64,000 bases of DNA from an uncultured Gammaproteobacteria bacterium (GCA_963811485.1 CAWERO010000004.1:55232-119231), one strand, 5' to 3'; positions 20,582 to 35,905 are shown, counted from the stretch's first letter. Made by a program: numbers and translations. Notes: generated by a model from the letters alone, not told the origin.

Positions 20582-21456
20582 GCCGGCGCTGCCTTCTTTC
20601 TTGCGGCCCTTGAGGTGGTTCTCGAGGTCCGCGAATGTCGGCCGCACTTCTGCGAACAGGAGCTTGCGCGCAAACTCGATGGCGACCGGCGGCGCGTAGC
20701 CGCGCACGCTCGCGACCAGCGCCATCTTCACGACCTCGAAGGCCTTGCCCTCCTCGTGCACCCGATGCTCCATGGCAGCCGCCGTCGGGCCGACGAATCC
20801 ATAGGACACCAGGATGCCAAGGAAGGTGCCGACCAGGGCCGAGGCGACCTTGTGGCCGATGGTGGCGGTGTCGGCACCCTCGATCGCACCCATGGTGTTG
20901 ACGATGCCGAGCACGGCGGCGACGATGCCGAAGCCGGGCAAGGCATCGGCCACGCGCATGCACCGCATGCGCAGGCTCGGCCGACTCCTTGTGATGGTTC
21001 TCGAGTTCGTATTCGAGCAGCGATTCGAGTTCGTGCGGATCCAGGTTGCCGCCGACCATCAGGCGCAGGCAGTCGGTCGTGAATTCGATGAAGTGATGGT
21101 CGCCGAGGATGCGCGGGTACTCGCTGAACAGCTTGCTCTTCTCAGGCGCTTCGAGATCCGCCTCGATCGCCAGCATCCCGGACTTGCGGATCTTCACCAG
21201 GATGTCGTAGAGGAGCTTGAGAATGTCGACGTAGTCGGCGCGCCGGTAACGCGGCGCCTTGAGCAAGCGTGATGGCGTTGACGAAAGCGACCTTCACCAC
21301 CTTGAGCGGATTGCTGATGATGAAGGCACCAAAGGCCGATCCGCAGATGACGAGGATTTCGGTCGGGTGCCACAAGGCCAGCAGTTTGCCGTCCTCGAGC
21401 ACGAAGCCACCGAGGACCGAGCCGATCACGACCAGGGTGCCAACGATTTGCAGCAT
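20578..21456 (-). pseudogene. motA: flagellar motor stator protein MotA; 2 frame breaks, and it reads in frame into motB as sequenced
   Basis: MLQIVGTLVVIGSVLGGFVLEDGKL.., [59 protein letters not shown] 1-nt change in the run aagaaagaagg would give ..KKAAPA-TGA, overlapping the motB GTG. Confidence 0.8.
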
Positions 21457-21590
21457 GAATGCCAGCAGCCACGAACTTGCGGAAGGTGCAACGCTGGATA
21501 TCGGCCCGCGGGGCGCGATCTTGACCGCACCATTAAAGTGCAGCGGCGGCGCCGGGCTGCGCCGAAACGTGACTCAGGTCACGTCTTGCA

Positions 21591-22553
21591 TTAGGTCTTG
21601 GCCGACGCGCGCCGCTTGCGCGCTGTTACAGGCCGGCGGCGCTTGCCTCGCTTGCGCGCCGTGGCAGCGCCGCCGGCCAGCTCGTGCATCAGCCGCTGGA
21701 GGTAGGCGCGAAACGAGTGATTCAACTCATGATGTGCCAACGCAAACTCGACCGTCGCCTGCAGGTAACCGAGCTTGCTGCCGCAGTCGAAGCGCTTGCC
21801 GGTGAAGCGATGGGCGTATACGGCTTCCCGTTTCAGGAGCCGGGCAATGCCGTCCGTGAGCTGGATTTCCCCACCGGCGCCTCGTCCTACCTGACGTAGC
21901 TCGTCGAAAATGGCGGGCGTCAACACATAGCGGCCGACCACTGCGAGCGTGGACGGGGCGGCGGCGGGCTTTGGTTTCTCGACGATGCTGCGAATCCGGC
22001 TGACCGGTGCGTGCGCCGCCTCGACTTCGACGATGCCATATTTCTCGGTATCGCGACGCGGCACCTCTTCCACTCCGAGTACGCTGCCGCGATGGAAGGC
22101 ATAGCTGGCGGCCATCTGCTTGAGGCAGGGAACCTCCGATTCGATCAGGTCGTCGGCCAGATGGACAAAGAACGGCTCCTGGCCCACCGCCGCCTCGGCG
22201 CACAGCACCGCATGTCCGAGACCCAGGGGTGCCGGCTGGCGTATATAGATGCAGGTGGCATACGCTGGCAGCACGCCACGCATCTGCCGCGCCAGGTCGG
22301 ATTTACCCTGGGACTCAAGCAGTTTTTCGAGTTCCGGGTCGGAATCGAAGTGATCTTCGATTGCTCTCTTGGCTGCACCCGTGATGAATACCAGGCGTTG
22401 CGCTCCGGCCGCCAGCGCCTCTTCCACGGCATACTGGATCAACGGCTTGTCGACGACCGGCAGCATTTCCTTGGGGCTGGCCTTGGTCGCCGGCAGAAAG
22501 CGGGTGCCGCGTCCGGCCACCGGAAATACGGCTGTCCTGATTTCGGGCTTCAT
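21591..22553 (-). CDS. galU: UTP-glucose-1-phosphate uridylyltransferase
   Basis: [45 protein letters not shown]. Intact. It carries an unusual K/R-rich C-terminal tail of about 27 aa. Confidence 0.9.
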   Translation of the reverse strand: MKPEIRTAVFPVAGRGTRFLPATKASPKEMLPVVDKPLIQYAVEEALAAGAQRLVFITGAAKRAIEDHFDSDPELEKLLESQGKSDLARQMRGVLPAYATCIYIRQPAPLGLGHAVLCAEAAVGQEPFFVHLADDLIESEVPCLKQMAASYAFHRGSVLGVEEVPRRDTEKYGIVEVEAAHAPVSRIRSIVEKPKPAAAPSTLAVVGRYVLTPAIFDELRQVGRGAGGEIQLTDGIARLLKREAVYAHRFTGKRFDCGSKLGYLQATVEFALAHHELNHSFRAYLQRLMHELAGGAATARKRGKRRRPVTARKRRASAKT

Positions 22554-22623
22554 GGCGGCCTCGGTTGCGACGGCAAGGGCACCCATTATAGGGGTCGGAG
22601 TCGAATCCGCCCTGCGCGTTAGG

Positions 22624-22653
22624 CACGCCCGGCGGCCGCATACGCCGGGCGTG
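22624..22653 (-). terminator. hairpin downstream of the comEA-like gene
   Basis: CACGCCCGGCG-gccgcata-CGCCGGGCGTG: a perfect 11-bp stem, 28 nt after the stop at 22681. No U-tract. Confidence 0.4.
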
Positions 22654-22680
22654 GCTGGCTGGCTCGGATCCAGACCGCCA

Positions 22681-23004
22681 TTAACGCTGTGCCGGCAGTT
22701 TGGGCGCGATGCGGGAAGTGGCCACCGCAGCCGGGCCCGTGCGGTCGATACGCAGATCAGCCCGGTTGCGGTCGATCAGCTTCTGACTGATGCCCTTGAC
22801 CTGCGCCAGCTCATCGACGGAGTGAAACACGCCGTGCTTCTGGCGGTACTCGACGATGGCCCTTGCCTTGGTTGCGCCAATGCCCTTGAGTCCCTGCGCC
22901 AGCGTGGCGGCATCGGCAGAATTGATATTCACAGGCGCGCACCATACGGTGGCAGCGCCAGCGGCCAGCAAGAATGACAACATGAGTCTGGTGAATTTGT
23001 TCAT
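22681..23004 (-). CDS. ComEA-like helix-hairpin-helix DNA-binding protein with signal peptide
   Basis: [72 protein letters not shown] (tandem HhH). The ORF-track start at 23205 adds non-homologous sequence. Confidence 0.8.
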   Translation of the reverse strand: MNKFTRLMLSFLLAAGAATVWCAPVNINSADAATLAQGLKGIGATKARAIVEYRQKHGVFHSVDELAQVKGISQKLIDRNRADLRIDRTGPAAVATSRIAPKLPAQR

Positions 23005-23134
23005 GACGGGCACCTCCAGGAGCAGCGGGTGGAAACACCCGTTCACACTAGGGGGCGATCGTTGCAATCGCGAGCGGTGAAACTGCTGCGTTTGCAGAAG
23101 ATTGGCCGCGCGGACAACGGGGGCGACTGCAGAG

Positions 23135-24454
23135 CTAATATGTGCCGGTGCGCCCCCAGCGCCGGGCACCATACAGGACGGTGACTGCCAGCGCCGCGCC
23201 GCCAAGTGCGATCCATTCGGCCCACCGCAAGGCGCTCAGGATCAGGAGCATTCCTGCGCCGCCGACCAGTGGAATCAACGGACCGCCGCGTAGTGCAAAG
23301 GGCGCCTGGGTGGCACTCTTGTTGGTGCGCTGCAGCTCCCAGGCCGCCGCGCAGCACGCCACATAGACCAGGCACAAGGCGCCGCCTGACACCAACGCCA
23401 GGCCGCCAAAGCTGCCCGCGACGGCGAGCAGCCAGGCCAGCAACGCGTGCAGCGCGACAGCTCGCAACGGCGCGCGACGCTTGCTCACCGCAGCCAGTGT
23501 TGCCGGGAGGAAACCGTCGCGTGCCAACGCGAACAGCAGGCGGGAGGAACCGAGCAGGTCCCCCAGCAACACGCCGATCAGCGATACGGTTGCTGTCAAT
23601 ACCACCAGGCCACCTGCGCCCGCAACGATGAGCTCCGCGATTGCAGCAAGCGGCGCATTGTTGCCCGCAAGTGCTGCACCCAGCACACCCTGCGCGACCA
23701 GCTGCAGGCCCACGTACAGCGTGATGATGACGGCGACGCCCGCCAGCGCCGCCTTCGGCAAAGCGCGGGCCGGATCGCGTACCTCGCCGGAGGGTGCCAG
23801 CGCAATCTCGATGCCGGAGTAGGCGAACACGACCAGCACCAGCGAGGTGCCGACCGAGGTCCAGTTCGGAAATGGGTGCACACTAAGATTCTCAACATGC
23901 ACGTAACGCCAGCCAAAGGCCGCAAGCAGGAGCAACGGCAGCGCTTTGGCCGCGGCAAAGGCCGCGATCGCGGCTGCTCCGATCCTGATCCCGAAGGCGT
24001 TGAGACCCACCAGCACGCCATACACGGCGAACAGAAACAGCGCTCGTGGTGCTGGCTGGCCAAGCGACGGGGCCACTTGGGCGAGCTGATCGGCCAGCAC
24101 CGCCGACATGCTCCCGCTGCCGGTGACGCTCGAGATCCACAGTATCCCGGCAATTGCGATAGCGGGAAATTGACCGAACGCCTCGCCCACGTAGATGTAG
24201 GGTCCGCCAGAGGCGGTCACGCGGCTGCCGGCTGCCGCAAAACACAGCGTGATGGGGATGAACAACAGCGCCCCCAGGACGAACGCCAGTGGCGCCGCCG
24301 AGCCCATTGCAGCCGCCAACACGCCGGGCAGCGCGAAGATGCTGCCGCCGATGGTAATGTTGATGATCGACGCGGCGATCGCCCAGGAGCCCAATACGCG
24401 CAGCAGCGCCGCATCGCCATGCCGCGTCCGCGGATCGGGGTCAGCGCCGGGCAC
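23135..24454 (-). CDS. APC-superfamily amino acid/polyamine permease
   Basis: Intact 439-aa ORF that is hydrophobic throughout (about 12 TM segments) and has an N-terminal INITIGGSIFALPG motif. The start is uncertain (GTG at 24454). Confidence 0.8.
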   Translation of the reverse strand: MPGADPDPRTRHGDAALLRVLGSWAIAASIINITIGGSIFALPGVLAAAMGSAAPLAFVLGALLFIPITLCFAAAGSRVTASGGPYIYVGEAFGQFPAIAIAGILWISSVTGSGSMSAVLADQLAQVAPSLGQPAPRALFLFAVYGVLVGLNAFGIRIGAAAIAAFAAAKALPLLLLAAFGWRYVHVENLSVHPFPNWTSVGTSLVLVVFAYSGIEIALAPSGEVRDPARALPKAALAGVAVIITLYVGLQLVAQGVLGAALAGNNAPLAAIAELIVAGAGGLVVLTATVSLIGVLLGDLLGSSRLLFALARDGFLPATLAAVSKRRAPLRAVALHALLAWLLAVAGSFGGLALVSGGALCLVYVACCAAAWELQRTNKSATQAPFALRGGPLIPLVGGAGMLLILSALRWAEWIALGGAALAVTVLYGARRWGRTGTY

Positions 24455-24756
24455 TAGTCGCGGATCGGCCGGTTGGTGCCTTCGTTGACGCGTTCGCGCA
24501 GGTCCTTGCCGGGCTTGAAGTGCGGCACGTACTTGCCATCGAGCGCCACCGCTTCGCCGGTCTTCGGGTTCCGCCCCTGGCGCGGCGGCCGGAAATGCAG
24601 CGAGAAGCTGCCGAAGCCGCGGATCTCGATGCGATCGCCCTGCGCCAGCGCGTCGCTCATGATCTCGAGCATCTGCTTGAGCGCGAGCTCGACGTCCTTG
24701 GCGGGCAGATGCTTCTGCTTGGTCGTGATGATTTCAATCAGTTCAGATTTGGTCAT
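24454..24756 (-). CDS. ihfB: integration host factor subunit beta
   Basis: [58 protein letters not shown]. Located downstream of rpsA, as in many Gammaproteobacteria. Confidence 0.93.
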   Translation of the reverse strand: MTKSELIEIITTKQKHLPAKDVELALKQMLEIMSDALAQGDRIEIRGFGSFSLHFRPPRQGRNPKTGEAVALDGKYVPHFKPGKDLRERVNEGTNRPIRD

Positions 24757-24780
24757 GCCAGGCCCTGCTGTTTCTGGATC

Positions 24781-24820
24781 GGCACCCGCAACCGGCATCT
24801 GCCTGCCGGTCGCGGGTGCC
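24781..24820 (-). terminator. long GC-rich hairpin between rpsA and ihfB
   Basis: GGCACCCGCAACCGGCA-tctgcc-TGCCGGTCGCGGGTGCC: a 17-bp stem with one mismatch, 20 nt after the rpsA stop. There is no U-tract, so it may act as an attenuator or processing site rather than a full terminator. Confidence 0.45.
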
Positions 24821-24839
24821 AGGATCGTTACGCTACGGA

Positions 24840-26521
24840 TCAGTCGCGCTCCGGAGAGTTGATCTGTTCCTTGAACAGATCACCCAGGCTGGTGCCCGAG
24901 GACGGCTGCTCGGAGCGGTAGTTCTGCACCGCCTCGGCCTCCTCGTGCACTTCCTTGGCCTTGATCGACAGCGAGATCGAGCGGGTCTTGCGGTCGACGC
25001 CGACGAACTTCGCTTCGATCTCGTCGCCCACCTTCAGCACCTGGCGCGCGTCCTCGATGCGGTCGCGCCCCAGTTCCGAGGCGCGCAGCTGGCCCTCGAT
25101 GCCGTTGCCCAGATCGATGATCGCGCCGCGCGCGTCGACTTCGCGCACCGTGCCGCGCACCACGCTGCCCTTCGGGTTGTCGGTGATGTAGCCGGAGAAC
25201 GGATCCTTGGCCAGCTGCTTGATGCCGAGCGAAATGCGCTCGCGCTCCGGATCGATCGCCAGCACCATCGCCTCGACCTGCTGGCCCTTCTGGTAATTGC
25301 GCACGGCTTCTTCGCCGGGCACGTCCCAGGAGATGTCGGACAGGTGCACCAGGCCGTCGATGTTGCCGGCCAGGCCGATGAAGATGCCGAAGTCGGTGAT
25401 CGACTTGATCTGGCCGCCGACCTTGTCGCCGCGATTGTTGTTCTCGGCGAATTCCTTCCACGGATTGGCCGCGCACTGCTTGAGGCCGAGGGAAATGCGG
25501 CGCCGCTCCTCGTCGACGTCCAGCACCATGACCTCGACTTCCTGGCCGGTGTGCACCACCTTGGCCGGATTGACGTTCTTGTTGGTCCAGTCCATCTCCG
25601 AGACGTGCACCAGGCCCTCGACGCCGTCCTCGATCTCGACGAAGGCGCCGTAGTCGGCGATGTTGGTGATCTTGCCGAACACCCGCGTGTTGGGCGGATA
25701 GCGCCGCGCAATGTTCTCCCACGGATCAGCGCCGAGCTGCTTGAGGCCCAGCGAAACGCGCGAGCGCTCGCGATCGAACTTGAGGATGCGCACGTCGATT
25801 TCGTCGCCGACCTTGACCACTTCGGATGGATGCTTGACGCGCTTCCAGGCCATGTCGGTGATGTGCAGCAGCCCGTCGATGCCGCCGAGATCGACGAAGG
25901 CGCCGTAGTCGGTGAGGTTCTTGACCGTGCCCTTGACCACCGCGCCTTCCTGCAGGTTGTCCATGAGCGCATTGCGCTCGGCGGAGAATTCCTGCTCGAC
26001 GACGGCGCGGCGCGAGACCACGACGTTGTTGCGCTTCTGGTCGAGCTTGATGACCTTGAATTCGAGCGGCTTGTTTTCCAGGTACGCGGTGTCGCGCACC
26101 GGGCGCACGTCGACCAGCGAGCCAGGCAGGAATGCGCGCACGGTTTCGATGTCGACTGTAAAGCCGCCCTTGACGCGTCCCGAAATGATGCCGGTGACGA
26201 TCTCGCCTTCGTTGAAGGCCTGCTCGAGCCGCGTCCAGGTGCGGGCGCGCTTGGCTTTCTCGCGCGACAGGCGCGTCTCGCCGGTGCCATCTTCGACGGC
26301 GTCGAGCGCCACTTCGATCTGGTCGCCGGCCTTGACCTCGACTTCGCCACGTTCATTCTTGAACTGGTCGAGCGGCACGACCGCTTCGGATTTCAGGCCG
26401 ACGTTGATGATGCACGACGTCGGGCGTCACTTCGACGACCAGGCCCATCAGGATCATGCCGGGGCGAATATGCTTATTCGCCAGGCTGCTGCTCGAACAT
26501 CTCGCTGAAACTTTCGCTCAT
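24840..26521 (-). pseudogene. rpsA: 30S ribosomal protein S1; 2 single-base frame breaks near the 5' end
   Basis: ORF 24840..26378 carries the repeated S1 domains. The true N-terminus MSESFSEMFEQQ (ATG 26521) hits a stop after 15 codons. [24 protein letters not shown] is in the +1 frame and [19 protein letters not shown] in the +2 frame, consistent with two 1-nt insertions at about 26482 and 26410. Confidence 0.93.
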
Positions 26522-26620
26522 GTTTTCTCTCGCGTGCCTGCTGTTGGGCACGCACTGTTGGCCGCAGGCACGATCCGGCGCCACGCGGGTTCGTTGACGA
26601 ATGGGCTTGGCTTCCCTGCC

Positions 26621-27322
26621 TTACCCGCCTGAAATCATCCCTCTTGCCACAATCCGCGCTGCCGCCGAGCCGCCAGACGCGCTCGACCACCTCGGCCACG
26701 GTCAGGCCGGTGGAATCGATCGACGACGGCGTCCCCGGCTGGCACCAGCGGCGCGACCGGGCGGGTTGCATCCTGCCGGTCCCGCGCCGCGATCTCGCGC
26801 GAAAGGGCGGCAAGGGTAACAGCAGAGTCCTTTCCTTTCAACTGGTTATAGCGCCTGAGGGCCCTTTCTTCGGGCGTGGCGATCAGGAAGATCTTGAGCG
26901 GCGCGGTCGGGAAAACGATGGTGCCCATGTCGCGGCCGTCGGCCACCAGCCCCGGGGGCCGGGCAAAGGCCCGCTGGCGGGCCAGGAGCGCCTCGCGGAC
27001 CTCCGGCCAGGCGGCCACGCGCGAGGCGCCCATGCCGCTCGCCTCGCTGCGGATGCCCTGCGGTGACATCGTTGCCAGCCAGCAGAATCAGCTCCGAGCC
27101 GTCGGCACGTACGCCAAAACGGCTGTCCAGGCTGCTGCGCCAGCCGGGCGTGCCCGGCCCGATCATCCGCGGCCAGGCCCTGTCCGAAGCCCCGCGTAGG
27201 CCACCAGGCGGTACAGCGCGCCGCTGTCGAGCAGGTGCCAGCCCAGCCGCCCGGCCAGCAGCCGGCTGACCGTGCCCTTGCCCGCCCCGCTCGGCCCGTC
27301 GATGGTCACGCACGCGGCGCGC

Positions 27323-27326
<4 letters not shown>
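26621..27326 (-). pseudogene. cmk: cytidylate kinase; at least 3 frame breaks; 3' end uncertain
   Basis: MSAPRA, then [35 protein letters not shown] (P-loop), then [34 protein letters not shown] and [16 protein letters not shown], all in different frames. The ATG overlaps the aroA stop (ATGA). Confidence 0.8.
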
Positions 27327-28647
<1,321 letters not shown>

Positions 28648-28651
<4 letters not shown>

Positions 28652-29796
28652 GGCGCGCGCCGCAATTGCCCCAGCAGCGCCAGCAGTCGGTCATTCTGCC
28701 CGGGCAGGCCAATGGAAATGCGCAACTGTTCCGCCAGTCCGTAACCCTGCAGCGGGCGCACGATGACTCCGCCGCGCAGCAGTTGCTCGTAGACCTGCGC
28801 GGCGCCCGGCCCCACCTCCACCATCAGGAAATTGCCGGCCGATGGCGCGCAGGCCAGGCCCATGGCCTGCAGAGCAGCCGCTACCCGATCACGCTCGGCC
28901 ACGATGCGGCGCACGGCGTCGGCAACATGCGCCTGGTCGCCGAGCGCGGCGGCGGCGCCCGCCTGCGCCACATTGCTGACATTGAAGGGTGGGCGGTAGC
29001 GGTTCAGGGCATCGGCCACTTCGGGGTGCGATACGGCGTACGCCACACGCACGCCGGCCAGAGCCGTAGGCCTTGGAGAATGTGCGCAGCACGACCAGGT
29101 TCGGTTGCTCCCGGAGCCACGGCAGGGCGGTGCTGCAACCGCTCAAGGCGGCGAATTCGAGGTAGGCCTCGTCGAGTACGATCAGCGTGTGCGCGGGGGC
29201 CGCGTCGATGAACGAGCGCAGCGGGCCAGGATCAAGCCAGGTTCCGGTGGGGTTATTGGGATTGGCGATGAACACGAGCCGGGTGTCGGCGCCGATCGCC
29301 GCTGCCATCGCGGCCAGATCGTGCCCATAGGGCATCGCGCTGCCGGCGGGATTGGCGCGCACCTCGATGCAGCGCGCGCCGGTCGCGCGTGTCACCAGCG
29401 GGATAGATGGCGAACCCGTATTGCGAGCACACCGCGCTGCATTGCGCGGTCAGGAAGGTCTCCGCCAGCATCAGCAGCAATTCGTTCGAGCCGTTGCCCA
29501 CGCGTCAGCCATGCAGGTGGCACTGACAGGTGCGCGGCCAGCGCGCGCTTGAGCTCATGGGCGCTGCCGTCCGGATAGAGCCAGACCGAGTCCAGCGCGG
29601 CGCGCATGGCCGCGATGGCCGCAGGGCTGGGGCCGTAAGGGTTTTCGTTCGAGGCCAGCTTGACGATGTCGCTCACGCCGTACTCGCGCTCGAGCTCGCT
29701 GATCGGCTTGCCTGGCACGTATGGAGACAGGTCGCGTACCGCCGGCGAGGCGAGCCTGCCTGGGTGTGCCGCCGCGTGCCGGTCACGGGCGCTCAC
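28648..29796 (-). pseudogene. hisC: histidinol-phosphate aminotransferase; at least 3 frame breaks
   Basis: LSPYVPGKPISELEREYGVSDIVKLASNENPYGPSP, GNGSNELL, FIANPNNPTGTW, VLDEAYLEF, VVLRTFSKAYG, VAYAVSHPEVADALNRYRPPFNVS. Confidence 0.88.
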
Positions 29797-29797
29797 G

Positions 29798-30922
29798 TCA
29801 CAGGACCGAGCGCGGGTAGGAACCGATGATCCGGAACAGCGAGGCGCGCGACTTCAGGCTCTTGAGGGCGCGCGCCACCGGCGCGTCGCTGGCGTGTCCT
29901 TCGATGTCGATGAAAAACACATAGTGCCATTTGCCGCGGCGCGAGGGCCGGGACTCGATGCGGGTCATGCTGATGCGGTTCGCGGCCAGCGGCTCGAGCA
30001 GCCGGTGCAACGCGCCGGGCGCCGCGGTGCTGCTGGTCGAAACCAGCAGCGTGGTCTTGTCGCTCCCGCTCGGCTCGAGAATCTTGCGGCCGATGACCAG
30101 GAAGCGCGTGGTGTTGTCGGCCCGATCCTCGATTTCGCGAAACAGCAGCCGCAGATTGTAGACCTCGGCGGCGGTATCGCCGGCGATCGCCGCCGTGCCC
30201 AGTTCATCGCGCGCGCGGCGCGCGCCCTCGGCATTGCTGCTGACCGCCACGCGCTCGAGTCCGGGCAGATGCTCATCGAGCCAGCCCCGGCACTGGGCCA
30301 GGGCCTGCGCGTGCGCGCACACGCGCATCACTTCGGCCAGTGATTCCATCCGACCCATCAGGCAATGATGGATGCGCAGTTCCACCTCGCCGCAGATGTG
30401 CAGCGGACTGCTGACCAGCCGATCGAGCGTGTGGGTAACGGTGCCCTCGGCGGAATTCTCCACGGCAACCACGCCAAAATCAGCATTGCCGGCTTCAACT
30501 TCGTGAAACACTTCGTCGCTCGTGGCCAGCGCCAGCGCGCGCACCGAGTGGCCAAAATGCTTGTACACGGCCGCCTGGGTGTAAGTGCCCTCGGGCCCGA
30601 GAAACGCCACCTTGAGGGGTTCCTGCTGCGCCAGGCAGGCCGACATGATCTCGCGAAACAGCCGCGCGATTTCCTCGTCGCGCAGCGGCCCGCGATTGCG
30701 CTCCAGCGCGGCGCGCAGCACCTGCGCCTCGCGCTCCGGGCGGTAGAAATCGACCGTGTGGCCGTCGGCATGCTTGGAGACGCCGACCTGCTGCGCGAGC
30801 AGCGCGCGGCGGTTGATCAGGGCCTGCAGCTGCTCATCGAGCGCGTCGATTTCGACCCGCATGGCCGCCAGCGGTATCGCGCCCGCCTTGCCGCCGCCCC
30901 GCTTGCTCCGCTTTGCAGCCAT
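29798..30922 (-). CDS. pheA: bifunctional chorismate mutase / prephenate dehydratase (P-protein)
   Basis: Intact 374 aa: CM domain (LAAMRVEIDALDEQL), PDT domain (VAFLGPEGTYTQAA, VVAVENSAEGTV) and a C-terminal ACT domain (TRIESRPS). Confidence 0.92.
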   Translation of the reverse strand: MAAKRSKRGGGKAGAIPLAAMRVEIDALDEQLQALINRRALLAQQVGVSKHADGHTVDFYRPEREAQVLRAALERNRGPLRDEEIARLFREIMSACLAQQEPLKVAFLGPEGTYTQAAVYKHFGHSVRALALATSDEVFHEVEAGNADFGVVAVENSAEGTVTHTLDRLVSSPLHICGEVELRIHHCLMGRMESLAEVMRVCAHAQALAQCRGWLDEHLPGLERVAVSSNAEGARRARDELGTAAIAGDTAAEVYNLRLLFREIEDRADNTTRFLVIGRKILEPSGSDKTTLLVSTSSTAAPGALHRLLEPLAANRISMTRIESRPSRRGKWHYVFFIDIEGHASDAPVARALKSLKSRASLFRIIGSYPRSVL

Positions 30923-30940
30923 GATCGCTCCGAAGCCTTC

Positions 30941-32122
30941 CTAGATCTGCTCGCGCACGATGCGCGCCGAAAGCACACCCGCGATGCGGCGCAGCCGTTC
31001 AACCAACGCGTCATCGACGCCGCCGTCGGTGTCGATCAGCGTGTAGGCGTATTCGCCGCGCGAGCGGTTGAGCAAATCGGCGATATTGACGTTGGCGCTG
31101 GCCAGGCAGGTGGAAATCTGGCCGACCATGTTGGGGACGTTGTGGTTGGCAATCCCGAGGCGTGTCTTGCCCGGTACACGCGGCAGCATGGCGTCGGGAA
31201 AATTCACGGCGTTGCGGACGTTGCCGTTCTCGAGAAAATCACGCAGAGTTTCCGCCGCCATCGCCGCGCAGTTGTCTTCGGCCTCGCCCGTCGACGCGCC
31301 CAGGTGCGGCAGGGTAACGGCGCGCGGATGGAGTTTCAGGGCGTTGCTCGGGAAGTCACAGACATAGGCGTGCAGCCGCGCGCCGTCGAGCGCGGCTAGC
31401 ACGTCGGCTTCGTTGACAATAGGCGCGCGGGAAAAATTCAGCAGCGCGCCACCCGGGCGCATGAGCTTGAGGCGTGCAGCGTTGACCAGCCCGCGGGTGC
31501 GCTCGTTGAGGGGCACGTGCACGGTGACCAGGTCGGAGCGCGCGAACAGATCGTCGAGCGACTGGGCCTGTTGTACCGAGGCGGACAGCTGCCAGGCGCG
31601 CTGCACGGTAATTTGCGGGTCGTAGCCCAGCACCTGCATTCCGAGGGCCTGCGCGGTGTTGGCCACCTCGACTCCGATCGCGCCCAGTCCGACCACGCCC
31701 AGCGTGCGGCCCGGCAGTTCGAAACCGACGAATTCCTTCTTGCCCTTTTCCACCGCCGCGTCGATCGCCGCGTCTTCTCCCTCGAGCGAGCGTGCAAAAT
31801 TCCAAGCCTGGCAGATATTGCGCGCGGCGAGGAACAAACCGGCGAGCACCAGCTCCTTAACCGCATTGGCGTTTGCGCCCGGCGCGTTGAACACCGGAAT
31901 GCCGCGCGCGCTGAGCGCCGCGACCGGAATATTGTTGGTTCCGGCCCCGGCGCGCGCCACCGCCAGGAGCGAGTCGGGTAGCGCGAGCTTGTGCATGTCG
32001 GCCGAACGCACCAGCACAGCGTGCGGGTTGACCAGTTCCGCGGCCACCTCGTAGCGATCGCGCGGGAGTTTCTCCAGGCCGCGCGCGCTGATGCTGTTGA
32101 GCTTGAGTATCCGGTAGCTCAT
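30941..32122 (-). CDS. serA: D-3-phosphoglycerate dehydrogenase (about 390-aa type with C-terminal ACT domain)
   Basis: Intact 393 aa with D-2-hydroxyacid dehydrogenase motifs (LGVVGLGAIGVEVA, VTVHVPLNERTRGL) and a C-terminal regulatory domain. Adjacent to serC. Confidence 0.85.
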   Translation of the reverse strand: MSYRILKLNSISARGLEKLPRDRYEVAAELVNPHAVLVRSADMHKLALPDSLLAVARAGAGTNNIPVAALSARGIPVFNAPGANANAVKELVLAGLFLAARNICQAWNFARSLEGEDAAIDAAVEKGKKEFVGFELPGRTLGVVGLGAIGVEVANTAQALGMQVLGYDPQITVQRAWQLSASVQQAQSLDDLFARSDLVTVHVPLNERTRGLVNAARLKLMRPGGALLNFSRAPIVNEADVLAALDGARLHAYVCDFPSNALKLHPRAVTLPHLGASTGEAEDNCAAMAAETLRDFLENGNVRNAVNFPDAMLPRVPGKTRLGIANHNVPNMVGQISTCLASANVNIADLLNRSRGEYAYTLIDTDGGVDDALVERLRRIAGVLSARIVREQI

Positions 32123-32129
32123 GGCGGGC

Positions 32130-33211
32130 TCAGGCGTGCCGCCGGGAGAAGTCGGCCATGAAAGCCACCAGCGCGTCCACCCCCTCGGGCGGCATGGCGT
32201 TGTAAAGGCTGGCGCGCATACCGCCGACCGAGCGATGGCCCTCGAGATTGACCAGACCGGCGGCGCGCGCTTCGGCCAGAAAAGTCCGGTCGAGCTCGGG
32301 GCGTGCCAGCGTGAAGGGGACGTTCATCCAGGAGCGGCAGGTGCGCGCGACCGGATTGCTGTAGAAACCGGAATCGTCAATGGCCCGGTAGAGTTTCGCG
32401 GCCTTGGCCTGGTTCCGACTCGGCCATGCGCGCGAGCCCGCCCTGGCGCTTGAGCCACTTGAACACCAGTCCGGCGAAGTACCAGCCAAAGGTCGGCGGC
32501 GTGTTGAGCATCGAGTTGTCGCCCGCCACCAGCTGGTAGTTGAGCACGGTGGGCGTCGTGGCCCGCGCGCGGCCGAGCAGGTCGTCGCGAACGATGACCA
32601 CGCAGAGGCCGGCGGGACCAATATTTTTCTGCGCGCCGGCGTAGATCAGCCCGAAACGGCTGACTTCGATCGGTCGCGACAGGATGGTCGAGGACATATC
32701 GGCGACCAGCGGCACGGCCACCTCGCGGCACGAACGGAAACTCCACGCCGCCGATGGTTTCGTTGGGCGTGTAATGCAGGTACGCCGCGCCGGGCGTCAG
32801 GCGCCAGTCCGGCTGGCGCTGGCACGTCGCAGTACTGGCTGGCCGCGGCATCGGCAACGACATTGACCCGACAGTAGCGTTGCGCCTCGCCGGTGGCCTT
32901 CTTCGACCAGTGGCCGGTGTTGACGTGAGTCGACGACGCTGTCACTGGTCGGTGAAGTTCAGCGGGATCGCCGCGAACTGCAGGGTTGCGCCGCCCTGCA
33001 TGAACAGCACCTTGTAATCGGCAGGAATCGACAGTAGCTCGCGCAGGTCCGCTTCAGCCTCGGCAGCGCAGGCTACGAAGGCTTTGCCGCGGTGGCTTAC
33101 CTCCATGACCGACGAGCCGACGCCGTTCCAGTCGAGCAGCTCGTCGCGGGCCTGCTCCAGCACTTCGCGGGGCAATACGGCGGGGCCAGGGGAAAAATTG
33201 TAGACGCGCAC
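32130..33211 (-). pseudogene. serC: phosphoserine aminotransferase; at least 4 frame breaks
   Basis: GTG start after [109 protein letters not shown] and [16 protein letters not shown] are spread over five ORFs. Confidence 0.9.
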
Positions 33212-33281
33212 GAATTTCCTCAGGACCCGGTTGCGGGTCGGTGTTGCAGCCTGGGAAGCCTCGAGTCTAGCAGAGCGCGGT

Positions 33282-35905
<2,624 letters not shown>

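Noticed and set aside
20540-20640. In-frame MotA-MotB fusion as sequenced.
   Set aside because: A 1-nt change in the run aagaaagaagg yields a MotA stop overlapping a GTG start for MotB (GTGA), which is the normal arrangement. Both genes also carry other frame breaks.
24816-26597. 593-aa ORF on the plus strand. Similar long antisense ORFs occur at 5034..6197(+), 8378..9346(-), 33522..34709(+), 37606..38847(-), 61658..62899(+) and 42699..43670(+).
   Set aside because: They lie exactly antisense to well-supported genes (rpsA, the carboxylase beta subunit gene, A1, gyrA, rmuC, A2, trpS/yciO-like). They encode low-complexity Arg/Ala/Gly/His-rich sequence with no recognisable motifs. These are typical shadow ORFs of GC-rich DNA.
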